DNA of 64,000 bases from Paramoeba atlantica (GCA_977017575.1 CDRNVI010000030.1:310001-374000); one strand, 5' to 3'. Numbered from the stretch's first letter, positions 9,501 to 20,651 are shown. Notes: generated from the sequence alone by a model not told the origin. Numbers and translations: made by a program.

Positions 9501-11856
9501 TACAGAGTGTGTTGTCTGTGTTGTCAACTACTGCTTGTTGTTGAACTCTATCTGTAGTAGAGAGTTCTTGTGCATGCTCTCCCGTGTGAACTACGACTCG
9601 TGGTTGTACTGTATCTGTAGTAGAGAGTTCTTGTGTAGGCTCTCCCGTGTGAACTACGACTTGTGGTTGTACTGGATCTGTAGTAGAGAGCGTAGTGTCT
9701 CTCTTGTCAGATGCTGGGTGCTGTTGAACTGTATCTGTAGTACAGAGCGGATTATGTCTAGTGCCAGGTACTAGGTGTTGTTGTTCCTGTTGCTGTTGTT
9801 GTTGCTGTTGTTCTTGTTCTTGTTGTTGTTGCTGTTGCTGTTGTTCTTGTTGTTCTTGTTGTTGCTGTGTTTGTCTCTTTGTTACTTCATAGAGGAATAT
9901 CCAGTGGGTTGTGGGTTCGATGGGATGGTGGCGTAGGGCGGCGGTACGGAGGGCACGGAGGGCAGCGGTGAAGGAACCGGAAAGCAGAAGGGACCAGAGG
10001 TGGAGGGAGCGGAGCGTGACACGTGTGGTGAGGCGGAGGAGGGGGGAGATGGGGGAAGAAGAGTTAGAGGAGTGAGAAGGTAAGTTAGAGGTTAGGTTGG
10101 GATTGGAGTTGGGGTCACTGGATTTTGGAGGTTTCGAAGGTTTACTTGAGAGGAGACGGAGGCAGTGGTGGTAGGTTAGAGCGGTCTCCAGGGTGAGACC
10201 ATGGGCCGCAGTAACGTAGGCGAGAGCGATGAGGAGGTCCAGACTAGCAGGGGAGGGAGAGGAAGATGTTGTGGGTCGATCGAGTGCCATTTTAAAAAGG
10301 ACGTAGGCCATCCCGCAGGAATAGGAACAGGGGTGGGTGAGGGGGGAAGGGGATGAAGAATTCGGGGTGTTAGCGTCGTGGTCATCAATTTGAGGTCGAT
10401 TGTCTGTAGTCGATTCCGTATGTGATAAAGTGGTCGAAACGTGAGCTTCTGTATGCGAATCCCATTCGTGAGTTGCACTGTTAGGTTGCCCAACTCCTTC
10501 ACTCCTTTTTATTCCAGTGGACTCCGTAAGTCGGGCACACGCCCCCATGGAGGCCACAAATACGGTGTTCGGAATGCGACTTGCATCGGGTTGGGATACC
10601 AGAAAATGATACAGGTACTCTAAATCATCCGTCAGGTGGACTGCATTGGCAAAGGCAGAGACCACGGGCCAGCATACCCCTATATTCGGATTTTGGGAAG
10701 AGAAAAATGGAGTCGAGTTGGGAGAGAGATAAGTACGAAAGGAGGGGTTGTGGGACTGTTCAAAGATACGACGTACTGGAGGACAGGGGAGCGACAAGGG
10801 AGATGAAAGAGACAATGATAGAGATGAAATAGCCTCCTCTTCATTAACATTGTCTCGTGCCATATCGCAATACGCGTGTAGCCTCCATAGTGTAAGCTTT
10901 TGAAAAGTGTCCTCGGGCGGTAGGCGCCGGTAATATTTTGGGTACGTGTCACGGTGAGGGTTGTCCGTCTCGCCCTTTTCAAAAATCATCTGCGGGTGAT
11001 TGGGATCGTATAACTGTTTTTTAAACTCAGACTGATGCCCCCCCTCTGAGATTGGCTCACTTTTATTCAGTTCAAAAATTTGCTGTACCATATTCTCCAC
11101 CATTCCAGGCTCTCGCAGCACTGACGCAAGTTCAATGAAGCCTAAAATGCATTCCCGCCTATCCTGATCACCTCCCGTCTCCTCAACATTTGCATTCTCC
11201 TTTATGTCGCCATTCGAATTCGCTCTCTCTGTCCTTCTCATCTTCTTTTCTTGCAAAATAATCTCCTGTTCTAGATAATCCCTAAACCACACACAAAAGC
11301 TATAACTGCACGTCCTCTCCTCACTTAGCTGCACTCCATCCATATCATAGGCGATTGCGTTATTCCCTCCGACTTGGTCTTCCAGCGAGTTTTGCAGCAA
11401 TGCTTCTCGCAGCCGAGCTAAGGAGCATGTAACCCATCGATGAAGAATCGGATACGAGACGATCAATCTCGAAAACGTCGTTTGTTTGTTTCCATTGGGG
11501 TCTACAACTTTCGAAAGTTCACAAAGCGTGTGATAGGGATGAGGCGCATAAGGGAGATCACAAATCCGTCTCAAATGTTGTGAAAGAGTGAAATCATCGT
11601 TTGAATTCTTTTCGGAAACAATTTTTAAAGTATCTTGAACGCATTCTTTCCCTTCATCCGATCGCAATTTTGATTTTTGTAGTATTGCTTTTAGTTTTTG
11701 TCTTATGTGGTTCCATTGGGTTGGGTAGGCTAACGTGGACCATGGAGGAGTGATGGGGGTGGCCGAAATACTCTGTGGTTTACGTGAGAGACGAGCAGAG
11801 AGGTGAAAGGGCCGAGTTCGGGTAAGCGCGTGGAGGGATTGAGTGGGAGAGAGCAT
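6598..11856 (-). CDS. Large hypothetical protein with polyQ and Ser/Thr/Gly/Cys repeats; possible mitochondrial presequence
   Basis: Uninterrupted 1752-aa ORF on the same strand as neighbouring genes. The N-terminus is Ser/Arg/Leu-rich and lacks acidic residues. No domain recognised. Confidence 0.7.
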   Translation of the reverse strand: MLSPTQSLHALTRTRPFHLSARLSRKPQSISATPITPPWSTLAYPTQWNHIRQKLKAILQKSKLRSDEGKECVQDTLKIVSEKNSNDDFTLSQHLRRICDLPYAPHPYHTLCELSKVVDPNGNKQTTFSRLIVSYPILHRWVTCSLARLREALLQNSLEDQVGGNNAIAYDMDGVQLSEERTCSYSFCVWFRDYLEQEIILQEKKMRRTERANSNGDIKENANVEETGGDQDRRECILGFIELASVLREPGMVENMVQQIFELNKSEPISEGGHQSEFKKQLYDPNHPQMIFEKGETDNPHRDTYPKYYRRLPPEDTFQKLTLWRLHAYCDMARDNVNEEEAISSLSLSLSSPLSLPCPPVRRIFEQSHNPSFRTYLSPNSTPFFSSQNPNIGVCWPVVSAFANAVHLTDDLEYLYHFLVSQPDASRIPNTVFVASMGACARLTESTGIKRSEGVGQPNSATHEWDSHTEAHVSTTLSHTESTTDNRPQIDDHDANTPNSSSPSPLTHPCSYSCGMAYVLFKMALDRPTTSSSPSPASLDLLIALAYVTAAHGLTLETALTYHHCLRLLSSKPSKPPKSSDPNSNPNLTSNLPSHSSNSSSPISPLLRLTTRVTLRSLHLWSLLLSGSFTAALRALRTAALRHHPIEPTTHWIFLYEVTKRQTQQQQEQQEQQQQQQQQEQEQQQQQQQQEQQHLVPGTRHNPLCTTDTVQQHPASDKRDTTLSTTDPVQPQVVVHTGEPTQELSTTDTVQPRVVVHTGEHAQELSTTDRVQQQAVVDNTDNTLCSTPSLQQPQIVVDMGHNPLSTTDRVQPQAVVHKTDTTLSPTDPVQPHVVLNNTDHTLPSTCPVQPLQQAVVDKTDTTLCTPTATHPVERVQVQGVQPEYSRSTTHTSSTDRTSSNSTSSAGSCSTDSTGSCSTDSTGSCSTDSTSSTGSCSTDSTGSTGSCSTGSTGSCSTDSTSSTGSCSTDSTGSTGSCSTGSTGSCSTDSTSSTGSCSTDSTGSCSTDSTGSTVASSTSSTGGCSRRSTGSTSRTSSTSSCIGSPTSSIGSTETTGSTGSYSTGTTGSTSSNSTSSTGSCGASSTSSRSTSRTDRTSPTSGTNSCSAGRVSSSNGSHATMAATPTAATPSTGRRSTRPVGWVFVLLWWNVVWKMGLRVGERTRAMGLSGCRGNPWVVVRVLQREMERTCRAGGRGKGEVERAGVETVPVGGGEMGRRDSGREGGEGGNGQKEGEIGGKHRGGRTQSLSGYNGLNGPPYVPGVLYDMILQGDMAPSHVTYDPIVDFLSVFVFRALGGLQCAHFPIRKVADVKVWVEDTKRLLFVGPPYDSNWGSMNQKDVVPLHDFWTQLRADYGLDDGDKVIVPFETLFAIFAAIAACHVQSTVGHAWLSALATAPVNVHFLPLSEMTHVRECIQKDWQSCDRRQQSSQFPSTPVVLCQSANLGKELDALSDKDPSNTEIHRNESFPCEARFDTTRRPCFQLETFWDLAPQVALYPPSACGSRSVLFGLPRNLLGTNVDKDSSFSSPSSTFSGFSTTMAPSPPGPFMNVFDPFALTFQDRIPCTALSAHVLRTQQLTRLRVGVVPPLKNTKTKRTVTRQTNQSLAISKVSSPSANDVVKNPLSLQYHKSVITRPKRLRFRRKGFSNSVAREAKAGKAFALSLGELESCRSQPSLYARHVQCRSHYLQSEYERCRVERIQREEHKGRNEKENEKKCILTGANGQASWGETTPSYRFSFPVEELRKLIKDIREWEK
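8700..9870 (-). repeat. Coding tandem repeats: STGSCSTD-type units, ~20-aa VQPxVVxxTxxxLSTTD units and a CAA/CAG polyQ tract
   Basis: Directly visible: actgcagctacc(c/a)gtact units at ~8830-9140 and tgt/tgc triplets at ~9775-9870. Confidence 0.9.
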
Positions 11857-12783
11857 GAGAAGTTGAATAGGGAAGAGAAGAGGTAGGGAAGAAGAATTTC
11901 TAGAGAGCTGGGAAAAGATAAAGAAAAAAGAGAGTATTACCTGCAGTAAGGAGTACCTGTATAAAAGTAATTCAATGCTACCGTATACACCCCCCAGTAA
12001 TAGAGTCGTTCAAATCTCTGTTACTGGGGGGGTATGCTTTTTTGGTGGGAAAATACCTTTTTTGTTCACAGGTGCGTTGATTTTCTGTTCAGACAACCCC
12101 GCAACTACGCCATTCGCTCCCGCGCAACCGCCCTCACCCAGCCCAGCGACCCCCACCCGCTCAAACACCCCCTCCCCCCTCCAACCACCCTCCCGAACCA
12201 AATCTCTGTTACTGGGGGTCAACCCAAAAATGGTCAAATCTCTGTTACTGGGGGGGTATACGGTATTCCTTTTAACTAAAAGGATTTGTATAAAAAAATG
12301 CGTAACGTTTTGCTTGAGGATAAAACAACATAAACTTGGGTATAACAAACTACCTTGATTTTTTAAAAACTTTTTATTGTTTCAATCAGGAAAAATCTAA
12401 AGACTGAGATTCATAGGACTAGTTTATGCTCTTTTAGGAGCATAATATTAGGAGCATAAAATTTTAGGAGCATAAGTTTATACTTCGCATTCGAGAGATT
12501 TAGGGCAAGATTAAGACATTTTCGTAACTTGAATTTTTTGTCTGCTGTTTCCAAATACTACTTATTAATCATTGCAAACGCTGAATAAATTACTCACTAA
12601 TGGTAAGTTAAAATATCAAAACCACCTTTGGCAAGTCTAGCGACAATCTCAAAAAGGAAAATATGCTTCAACAAAACGTTCTGTGGCCTTATTTCGTCGA
12701 TTGATTAATAAAACATGATTATTATGGCAAGACTTAATGCATGAAATATTAAAAAAGCATAGAAGAATATACGTTTATAGTGT

Positions 12784-13875
12784 TCAGAAGTTCAATGGGC
12801 TATCGGTTTGAGGATTCAACAACACACGATTGACGCAATTTTTCAACACAGCGTCAGAAATCAGATTCAGTCTTAAATCAACCACAGTTGAAGGAGACAA
12901 ATTTCGGATTCTTGCATTCGGACCCAGCGAGTTACAGCTCATATCAAGCTTTGCAAGAACGGGTAGAATCACGTCAAAAACGACATCCCCGTTGAACACA
13001 TTTTTGCTCAAATTCACTTCCTGAAGCATTACAGGGCACGATACGAATCTCTGTTCATTGGATGTCTTGCTCTGTCCCACTTGATTACTCGATAAAAGAC
13101 GCTCACGCTGTAGTCCGGAGAAATCCACCGTACCTGAAAGCTTGTTACTAGAAAGGTTCAGGGAAACAAGTGCAAATGGGAAATTCTCCAGGGACAATTC
13201 ACCATCAAAAGAATTATGGCTCGCGTTCAGTTCTCGCAGACCAAGAGGCAATGCGTGAAGTTCACACGTACCGGTAAATTTGTTATCCGATATGCCTAAT
13301 ACCATTAGACGAGCAGGCAACGCATCCCACTCTACCGATCCACTCAACTTATTCTTTCGTACATTTAGCACACGAAGAGTAGAGGGCAATTCTGACCAGG
13401 AAACATTTCCACTCAATCGATTACTTTCAACGTTGAGTGCAGTGAGGAAAGGAAAGTCTGAAGCTGTAGGCAAAGTTTGATTTGAAACAGAGCTCAGGGA
13501 ATTGAAAGACAAATTGATTTCGCGTACAGTACACGGCAGAAGGTTCCAATGAATTCTATCGCGAAACCCATATGCTTTATGGCTGTATTTGTTCCATTCC
13601 ACAGCTGTTACTCGACCAAATGTGTCCTTTTTTACATGACGCGATGAAGTCGCGTTGTCTAAAAAGTCTTGGGAAGGGTAGAAACAAGGACTGTATGAAT
13701 GACGAATAAACTCTCGAATATCACCCTCTCGCTCACACATCACATTAGGCACAGAGGAATCTGCTGTATTCACTGCATAATAAATCTGTCCTTTGAATAA
13801 GTGAAGTCCCACGAAAGATTCGGAGAGCACTGGAAGTGCACTGAGCAGAAGAAAAAGTAGACCGGACAGAATCAT
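12784..13875 (-). CDS. Secreted/surface LRR protein (array copy 1)
   Basis: Hydrophobic signal peptide MILSGLLFLLLSALPVLSES; LRRs LNVESNRLSGNVSWSELP etc.; intact 363 aa. Confidence 0.88.
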   Translation of the reverse strand: MILSGLLFLLLSALPVLSESFVGLHLFKGQIYYAVNTADSSVPNVMCEREGDIREFIRHSYSPCFYPSQDFLDNATSSRHVKKDTFGRVTAVEWNKYSHKAYGFRDRIHWNLLPCTVREINLSFNSLSSVSNQTLPTASDFPFLTALNVESNRLSGNVSWSELPSTLRVLNVRKNKLSGSVEWDALPARLMVLGISDNKFTGTCELHALPLGLRELNASHNSFDGELSLENFPFALVSLNLSSNKLSGTVDFSGLQRERLLSSNQVGQSKTSNEQRFVSCPVMLQEVNLSKNVFNGDVVFDVILPVLAKLDMSCNSLGPNARIRNLSPSTVVDLRLNLISDAVLKNCVNRVLLNPQTDSPLNF

Positions 13876-14500
13876 AAGGAAATGAGAAAAACGTATTCAA
13901 GTAGGCAAAGAAAGAAACAATTGCATATTATTTTTATTCGGGTACATTTTTTCGGTGTTGCATTGTTTACATTTATCAAAAATAAATATGCACAGCGGAA
14001 GTTTCCACCAATGCAATGTTGTACGGTGGATTCTACAAAAATACACGTAAAAATACAATAGAATTCTTAATGTGGGGGGGAAAGAATATACCCATGGAAA
14101 ACATTTCATGTATTATACGCTGAATACTCTGCTTCACTAAAAAAACATGTTTAAAACGATTCCAACACAGGCAAAAACCAATTGGAAACTATATTTGTCA
14201 AGAAGCTTGGCAAGCGTCTTAGTATTGCGTAATTCAACCAAAAATATCTTGTATCATCTGATCGATAAAACATTTAAAAAACTCTGTTCACACAGGTAGT
14301 ACTCGGGCAAGCCTAAACCAACATGAACAAAACGAAACCGTCCAACTGAAAAATTATTTGTCAACACAAAGGTCGCAGCCATCATACTAATAGATTTCTG
14401 TATCAAAGTCACCGTCCATAATGGGCAAGTACATGTATGAATATGTCAAAAATCGAACAGAATACAATAGGAAAGTGGCTAATAAACAATATAAAGTGGC

Positions 14501-15559
14501 TTAGGAACGTTGTGGAAACAATTGTATTCCGTTGATGCAATTCACCAAACTTGCGGCAGAAATCCGATTCAGTCTCAAATCAATCACCATGGAGGGCGCT
14601 AGATTTTCAACCACAACACTCGGTCCAATTGAATTGCTGCTCATGTCAAGCTTTAAAAGATGCGAAAGGAATAAATCGAACGTGAAATTTCCGTGAAAGC
14701 AATTCTTGCTAAGATCCAATTCCTGCAACATCACAGGACACTTTACAGCCTCCGATTCACCGCTCGTCTTCACGCTAACGCTGAAAGAATGGCACTCACG
14801 GCGAATTCCAGAGAAATTCACCTCACCTGCGAGCTTGTTACTAGAAAGGTTTAAGGTCACAAGTGCAAATGGAATATTCTCCAGACGCAGTTCTCCATCA
14901 AACGAATTCTGACTTGCGTTTAGTTCTCGCAGGGCAGGAGGCAAAGAGTCAAGTTCACAACTACCGGTAAATTTATTCTCTGATATGTCTAATATCATTA
15001 GACAAGAAGGCAAGGAGTTCCACTCTACAGAGCCGCTCAACTTATTCTTTCGTACATTCAGCACACGAAGAGCAGACGGCAATTCTGACCAGGAAACGTT
15101 TCCACTTAATTGATTACTTTCAACGTTGAGTTCAGTGAGGAAAGGAAAGTCTGAAGCCGTAGGCAAAGTTTGATTGGAAACGGACTTTAGGGAATTGAAA
15201 GACAAATCGATTTTGCGTACAGTACACGGCAGAAGGCTCCAGAGAATCCTATTCGAAAAGCCACATCCTCCGGATATGTATTTCCTCCATTTCACGTCTG
15301 TTACTCGACCAAATGCGTCCTTTTGTACGTGGTGCGCATTCTCCCAAAGGCACTGGGAAGGGATGACGTAAATATTGTATGCGTTATGAACAAACTCTCG
15401 AATGTCACCCTGTCGCTCACACAGCACACGGGGCACATAATCATCCGCGGTATTCACTGCATAATAAATCTGTCCTTTCAATAAGTGAAGTCCCACGAAG
15501 GATTCGGAGTGCACTGGAAGTGCACTGAGCAGAAGAAAAAGTAGACCGGACAGAGTCAT
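14501..15559 (-). CDS. Secreted/surface LRR protein (array copy 2)
   Basis: Paralog of 12784-13875; signal peptide; intact 352 aa. Confidence 0.88.
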   Translation of the reverse strand: MTLSGLLFLLLSALPVHSESFVGLHLLKGQIYYAVNTADDYVPRVLCERQGDIREFVHNAYNIYVIPSQCLWENAHHVQKDAFGRVTDVKWRKYISGGCGFSNRILWSLLPCTVRKIDLSFNSLKSVSNQTLPTASDFPFLTELNVESNQLSGNVSWSELPSALRVLNVRKNKLSGSVEWNSLPSCLMILDISENKFTGSCELDSLPPALRELNASQNSFDGELRLENIPFALVTLNLSSNKLAGEVNFSGIRRECHSFSVSVKTSGESEAVKCPVMLQELDLSKNCFHGNFTFDLFLSHLLKLDMSSNSIGPSVVVENLAPSMVIDLRLNRISAASLVNCINGIQLFPQRS

Positions 15560-16157
15560 AAGGAAAAGAGAAAAAGGTATTCAAGTAGGCTAAGAAGGAA
15601 ACAATTGCATATTATTATTATGCTGTCTTGGTACATTTTTTCGGTGTTACATTATTATATTCATCAAAACAAAATATGCAGAGCAGAAGTTTCCACCATG
15701 TAATGTTGTACGGTGGATTCTACGTGGCAAAAAATAAAAGAATCCTTACTTTGGAGGAGAACCAAGTTTTAAACTGGTCGGGCAAGAGGGTTTTTATGGG
15801 TAAATGTTCGTGTATTTACACGCAAGAAGCATAGCCAAATCCACTCAAAAACTCTGCAGCATTCACTGAACAGATATCTATAAAACGAAACCAACACAGG
15901 CAAGAAAATGTAAAAACATTTGAAAGCTGGATTTGTCAAGAAGTTTGGTAAGCATCTGATTGAAATATTTTCCTGGTATTTTGTAATTCAATCAAAAATA
16001 TCTCGTATCATCTGATCCATAAAACATTTTAAAAACTCTGTTCACACAGGTAGTACTCGGGCAAGCCTAAACCAGCATAAACAAAACGAAACCAAAAAAA
16101 TTCCAACTGAAAATTTATTTGTCAACACAAATGCCAAAACCATCATTAAAACAAGCG

Positions 16158-16550
16158 CTAGACCTTTTGAGGAGCAAGAAGCACTTGATGCGCGCAGTCC
16201 AGAAAACTTACATGTCGAAACCAATTCTGTCTCATATCCACATGGGTGCAAGGCGCAATGTTGCGAATCTCGCAACTCGGTCCTAATGTGTTGTTCCCCA
16301 AATTCATCTTCAGCAATGAAGGAAGAAAGACATCGAGCACGAAATTTCCAGTGAATCGATTGCTACTGAGTTCGATTTCCTCAATCTGAAGGGAACAACT
16401 CAATACTTTTGAAACGGATGACTGAGTCTTTGGTGAATCCCGTTTTTTGCGAAACGACAGGTGACACTCATCTTGCAGACAGGAGAAATCGATGTTTCCA
16501 GAAATGTTGTTGTTCGAAAGATTCAAGAGGAGTAACGTAAAGGGAAGTCA
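16158..16550 (-). pseudogene. C-terminal fragment of an LRR paralog (copy 3)
   Basis: Matches the C-terminal half of 18911-19465; the 5' part is replaced by a copy of the start of the 1752-aa gene. Confidence 0.85.
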
Positions 16551-17251
16551 TGCAGACGAGGAGAGAGGTGTAGGGACGGGTTCGGGCAAGCGCGTGGGGG
16601 AGGTGGGTGGGAGAGGGCATGAGAAAAGAGATTCTCATATAAGAATCAAGAAATCTGAAATCGAATAATGCAAAGGATGTAATGGAAGAAGAATATTGCA
16701 ATGCTGTTGAGATACAATATCGCATATAAATATAATGTTGTACTCACGTTCATTGCATTTCTAGGAAAATTGTTATGGCAAGATAAAATAGTAAAGTAAC
16801 ATGAATGAGCATAACGACAACAAAATTCAACACTAAAGTTGGCATTCCCAAAGGTTGTGCGTAAACAAAAAGGCAAGATGAAAGAAAATTTCATAGATAG
16901 AGCATTTTCATACGTAATGCTATTCTGCGACAATAAATTCTCTGCACTTATTATTATGAAGAGTTCCAAAGGTAATAATATTACCTTTTTATTATTATTG
17001 TTATTATTATTATTATTATTAATATGTGGATATGAAATATCCACATATTTTGTGGATTTAATAAAGCTATGTCGGGCAAGATGTACAATATTTGTAGCAA
17101 AATATTAAAATTGTACACATTGGTAACAAAATCTAGATGATGGCAAGAAAATACAGATCAAACGCTACCAAGAGTTTGGTACATATCCTGCAGTAGAACA
17201 TTTCAAAAATAGATAAAGGGGGGGAACTAATGTCTTTGATGCAAATGCGTT

Positions 17252-18316
17252 TCAGAGGATGCCCAACGGATGTTGGTTTTGAGGAAACAGCATCACCTGC
17301 TTAGCGCATTTTATCATCGCAGTAGAAATCTGATTTCGTCTCAAATCAACCAAAGTAGAAGGCGACAGGTTTTCAACCTCGATATTAGGACCAATCGAAT
17401 TGCCGCTCATATCAACCTTTACAAGGTACGGAAGAACAAGATGAAGAGTGAAATTTCCGCTAAACAGATTCTCACACAAATTCACATCCTGAAGCATAAC
17501 AGGACACGAAACGAACCTCCGTTCGTTGGATTTCTTGTCCTCTTCCAGTTCACTACTTGATAAGTGACACTCACGACGGAGGCCGGAGAAATCCACCGTA
17601 CCTGAAAGCTTGTTATTACAAAGATTTAAGGTCACCAGAGCAAACGGAATATTCGTCAGACGCAGTTCCCCATCAAAAGAATTCTGACTTGCGTTTAGTT
17701 CTCGAAGGGCAGGAGGTAATGCGTGAAGTTCACACCTACCGGTAAATTTATTCTTTGATATGTCTAATATCATTAGACAAGAAGGCAAGGAGCTCCACTC
17801 TACAGAGCCGCTCAACTTATTCTGTCGTATATTCAGCACACGAAGAGCAGACGGCAATTCTGACCAGGAAACGTTTCCACTTAATTGATTACTTTCAACG
17901 TTGAGTTCAGTGAGGAAAGGAAAGTCTGAAGCCGTAGGCAAAGTTTGATTCGGAACAGACTTTAGGGAATTGAAAGACAAATCGATTTTGCGTACAGTAC
18001 ACGGCAGAAGGCTCCAGTGAATCCTATTCGAAAAGCCATATACTCCGGATATGTATTTCCTCCATTTCACGTCTGTTACTCGACCAAATGTGTCCTTTTG
18101 TACGTGGTGCGCATTCTCCCAAAGGCACTGGGAAGGGATGACGTAAATATTGTATGCGTTATGAACAAACTCTCGAATGTCACCCTGTCGCTCACAGAGC
18201 ACATTAGGCACAGAATCATCTGCTGTATTCACTTTGAATAAGTGAAGTCCCACGAAAGATTCGGACAGCACTGGAAGTGCACTGAGCAGAAGAAAAAGTA
18301 GACCGGACAGAGTCAT
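17252..18316 (-). CDS. Secreted/surface LRR protein (array copy 4)
   Basis: Intact 354 aa; lacks the GQIYYA segment present in copies 1 and 2. Confidence 0.85.
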   Translation of the reverse strand: MTLSGLLFLLLSALPVLSESFVGLHLFKVNTADDSVPNVLCERQGDIREFVHNAYNIYVIPSQCLWENAHHVQKDTFGRVTDVKWRKYISGVYGFSNRIHWSLLPCTVRKIDLSFNSLKSVPNQTLPTASDFPFLTELNVESNQLSGNVSWSELPSALRVLNIRQNKLSGSVEWSSLPSCLMILDISKNKFTGRCELHALPPALRELNASQNSFDGELRLTNIPFALVTLNLCNNKLSGTVDFSGLRRECHLSSSELEEDKKSNERRFVSCPVMLQDVNLCENLFSGNFTLHLVLPYLVKVDMSGNSIGPNIEVENLSPSTLVDLRRNQISTAMIKCAKQVMLFPQNQHPLGIL

Positions 18317-18910
18317 AAGGAAAAGAGAAAAAGGTATTCAAGTAGGCTAAGAAGGAAACAATTGCATATTATTGGTATGCTGTCTTGGTACATTTTTTCG
18401 GTGTTACATTATTTACATTCATCAAAACGAAATATGCAGAGCAGAAGTTTCCACCACTGTAATGTTGTACGGTGGATTCTACGTGGCAAAAAATAAAAGA
18501 ATCCTTACTTTGGAGGAGAACCAAGATTTAAACTGGTCGGGCAAGAGGGTTTTTATGGGTAAATGTTCGTGTATTTACACGCAAGAAGCATAGCCAAATC
18601 CACTCAAAAACTCTGCAGCATTCACTGAACAAATATCTATAAAACGAAACCAACACAGGCAAGAAAATGTAAAAACATTTGAAAGCTGGATTTGTCAAGA
18701 AGTTTGGCAAGCATCTGATTGAAATACTTTCTTGGTATTTTATAATTCAAACAAAAATATCTCTTATCATCTGATCCATAAAACATTTTAAAAGCTCTGT
18801 CCACACAGGTGGTACTCGGGCAAGCCTAAACCAGCATAAACAAAACGAAACCGTCCAACTGAGAAATTATTTGTCAACACAAATGCCAAAACCATCATTA
18901 AAACAAAGCG

Positions 18911-20022
18911 CTAGACCTTTTGAGGAGCAAGAAGAACTTGATGCGCGCAGTCCAGAAAACCTACATGTCGAAACCAATTCTGTCTCATATCCACATGGGT
19001 GCAAGGCGCAATGTTGCGAATCTCGCAGCTCTGTCCTAGTGTGTTGTTCCCCAAATTCATCTTCAGCAAAAAAGGAAGAAAGACATCGAGCTTGACATTT
19101 CCACTGAATCGATTGCTACTGAGATCGATCTCCTCAATCTGAAGGGAACGACTTGTTACGTTTGAAACGGATGACTGAGTCTTTGATGAATCCCGTTTTT
19201 TGTGAAATGACAGATGGCACTCATCTCGGAGACTAGAGAAATCGATGTTTCCAGAGAGGTTGTTGTTTGAAAGATTCAAGACGAGTAACGTAAACGGAAT
19301 TCGGACCAGGCGCAATTCTCCACCAAAATTATTACCCGCAGCGTTCAGCTCTCGTAGACCAGGTGGCAATGCATGAAATTCACAACTACCGGCAAATTTA
19401 TTCTCTGATATGTCTAATATCATTAGACAAGAAGGCAAGGAGCTCCACTCTACAGAGCCGCTCAATTATTCTTTCGTATATTCAGCACACGAAGAGTAGA
19501 CGGCAATTCTGACCACGAAACATTTCCACTCAATTGATTGCTTTCAACGTTGAGTGCACTGAGGAAAGGGAAGTCTGAAGTCGTAGGCAAAGTTTGATTA
19601 GAAACAGAACTCAGGGAATTGAAAGACAAATCGATTTCGTGTACAGTACACGGAAGAAGGTTCCAATGAATCTTCTCGGAAAGAGTGCGTACTCGTGTTT
19701 TCGTAGATGCCTTCCAAGATATGTACTGTTCGGTGCCGTGTTTGTATCCTTTCCATTTCACAGCTGTTATGCGACCAAAAGTGTCCTTATGTACATACCT
19801 TGCTGAAGTCGCATCTTCCAATAAGGCTTCAGAATAGGAAGCAGCCTTGCGAACAAACTCTCGAATGTCGCCAAGTCGCTGACATATCACTTTAGGTGCA
19901 GAATCATCTGCTGTGTTCACTGCAGAAAAGGTGTACCCTTTGAAAAAGTGAAGTCCAACGTAATTCTCCACGTTGGGTGGAAATGCGCTGAGTAGAAGAA
20001 AAAGTAGTCTTAGCAGAGTCAT
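18911..20022 (-). pseudogene. LRR paralog (copy 5) with a 1-nt frameshift at ~19465 (or a sequencing error)
   Basis: Two consecutive ORFs, 19462-20022 and 18911-19465; aagaataa-ttgagcggc lacks the G present in paralogs (aataagttgagcggc). Confidence 0.8.
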
Positions 20023-20399
20023 GTGTGAAGGTAAAAAAAAATGAAAAATATATGAAGAGACTATGAATCGGAGGAAAGACTATGAAGAGCAAGAGAGCAT
20101 TGATATGTACAGAGCGAGTTTACGACAATGGTTAGGTTTCTCGGTTAGATATCCATGAAAAATCGCTTGTCGCCTACGGAAACAAAAGAGTCATAAATGC
20201 TGAATCATAAAAGGAACCGTGTAAGAAAACCGGTCAGAAAACTATAGGAACTACATATGAGATATTCATTCTACGAGGAATCCATTACCAAATTTACAGA
20301 GCTTGAATACAACGCTTGGTCTCATTTCAAACATTGTGCTACGACTCGTATTGTAACAGAAGTCACATCTCTAATACAACTCTAATACGACCATTTCTC

Positions 20400-20651
20400 T
20401 CAGGACACAGTTACGAGTTCAATATTTTCAATAAAAGAGCCACGAAGCACGGCCGGAATATTTGCCTCACTGTGTAGCGGTGTCTGCTGATCGTTTTTTT
20501 CGTTCACCGAAATACAACTGTCCAGCACAATATTCATACGTTCGTCAAACCCACGCAGGACTCCTTGCACCCCACGCTTTCCCGTAACGCGGACATACAC
20601 GTTCTTACCTAGAAAGGATTTTAACTCGGGAAATCGAGAAGAATCGCTCAT
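20400..20651 (-). CDS. SmG: Small nuclear ribonucleoprotein G (Sm protein G), 83 aa
   Basis: PELKSFLGKNVYVRVTGKRGVQGVLRGFDERMNIVLDSC closely follows SmG Sm1 (PELKKFMDK...[22 protein letters not shown]); Sm2 VLRGSFI. Upstream pyrimidine tract plus AG on the minus strand. Confidence 0.88.
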   Translation of the reverse strand: MSDSSRFPELKSFLGKNVYVRVTGKRGVQGVLRGFDERMNIVLDSCISVNEKNDQQTPLHSEANIPAVLRGSFIENIELVTVS

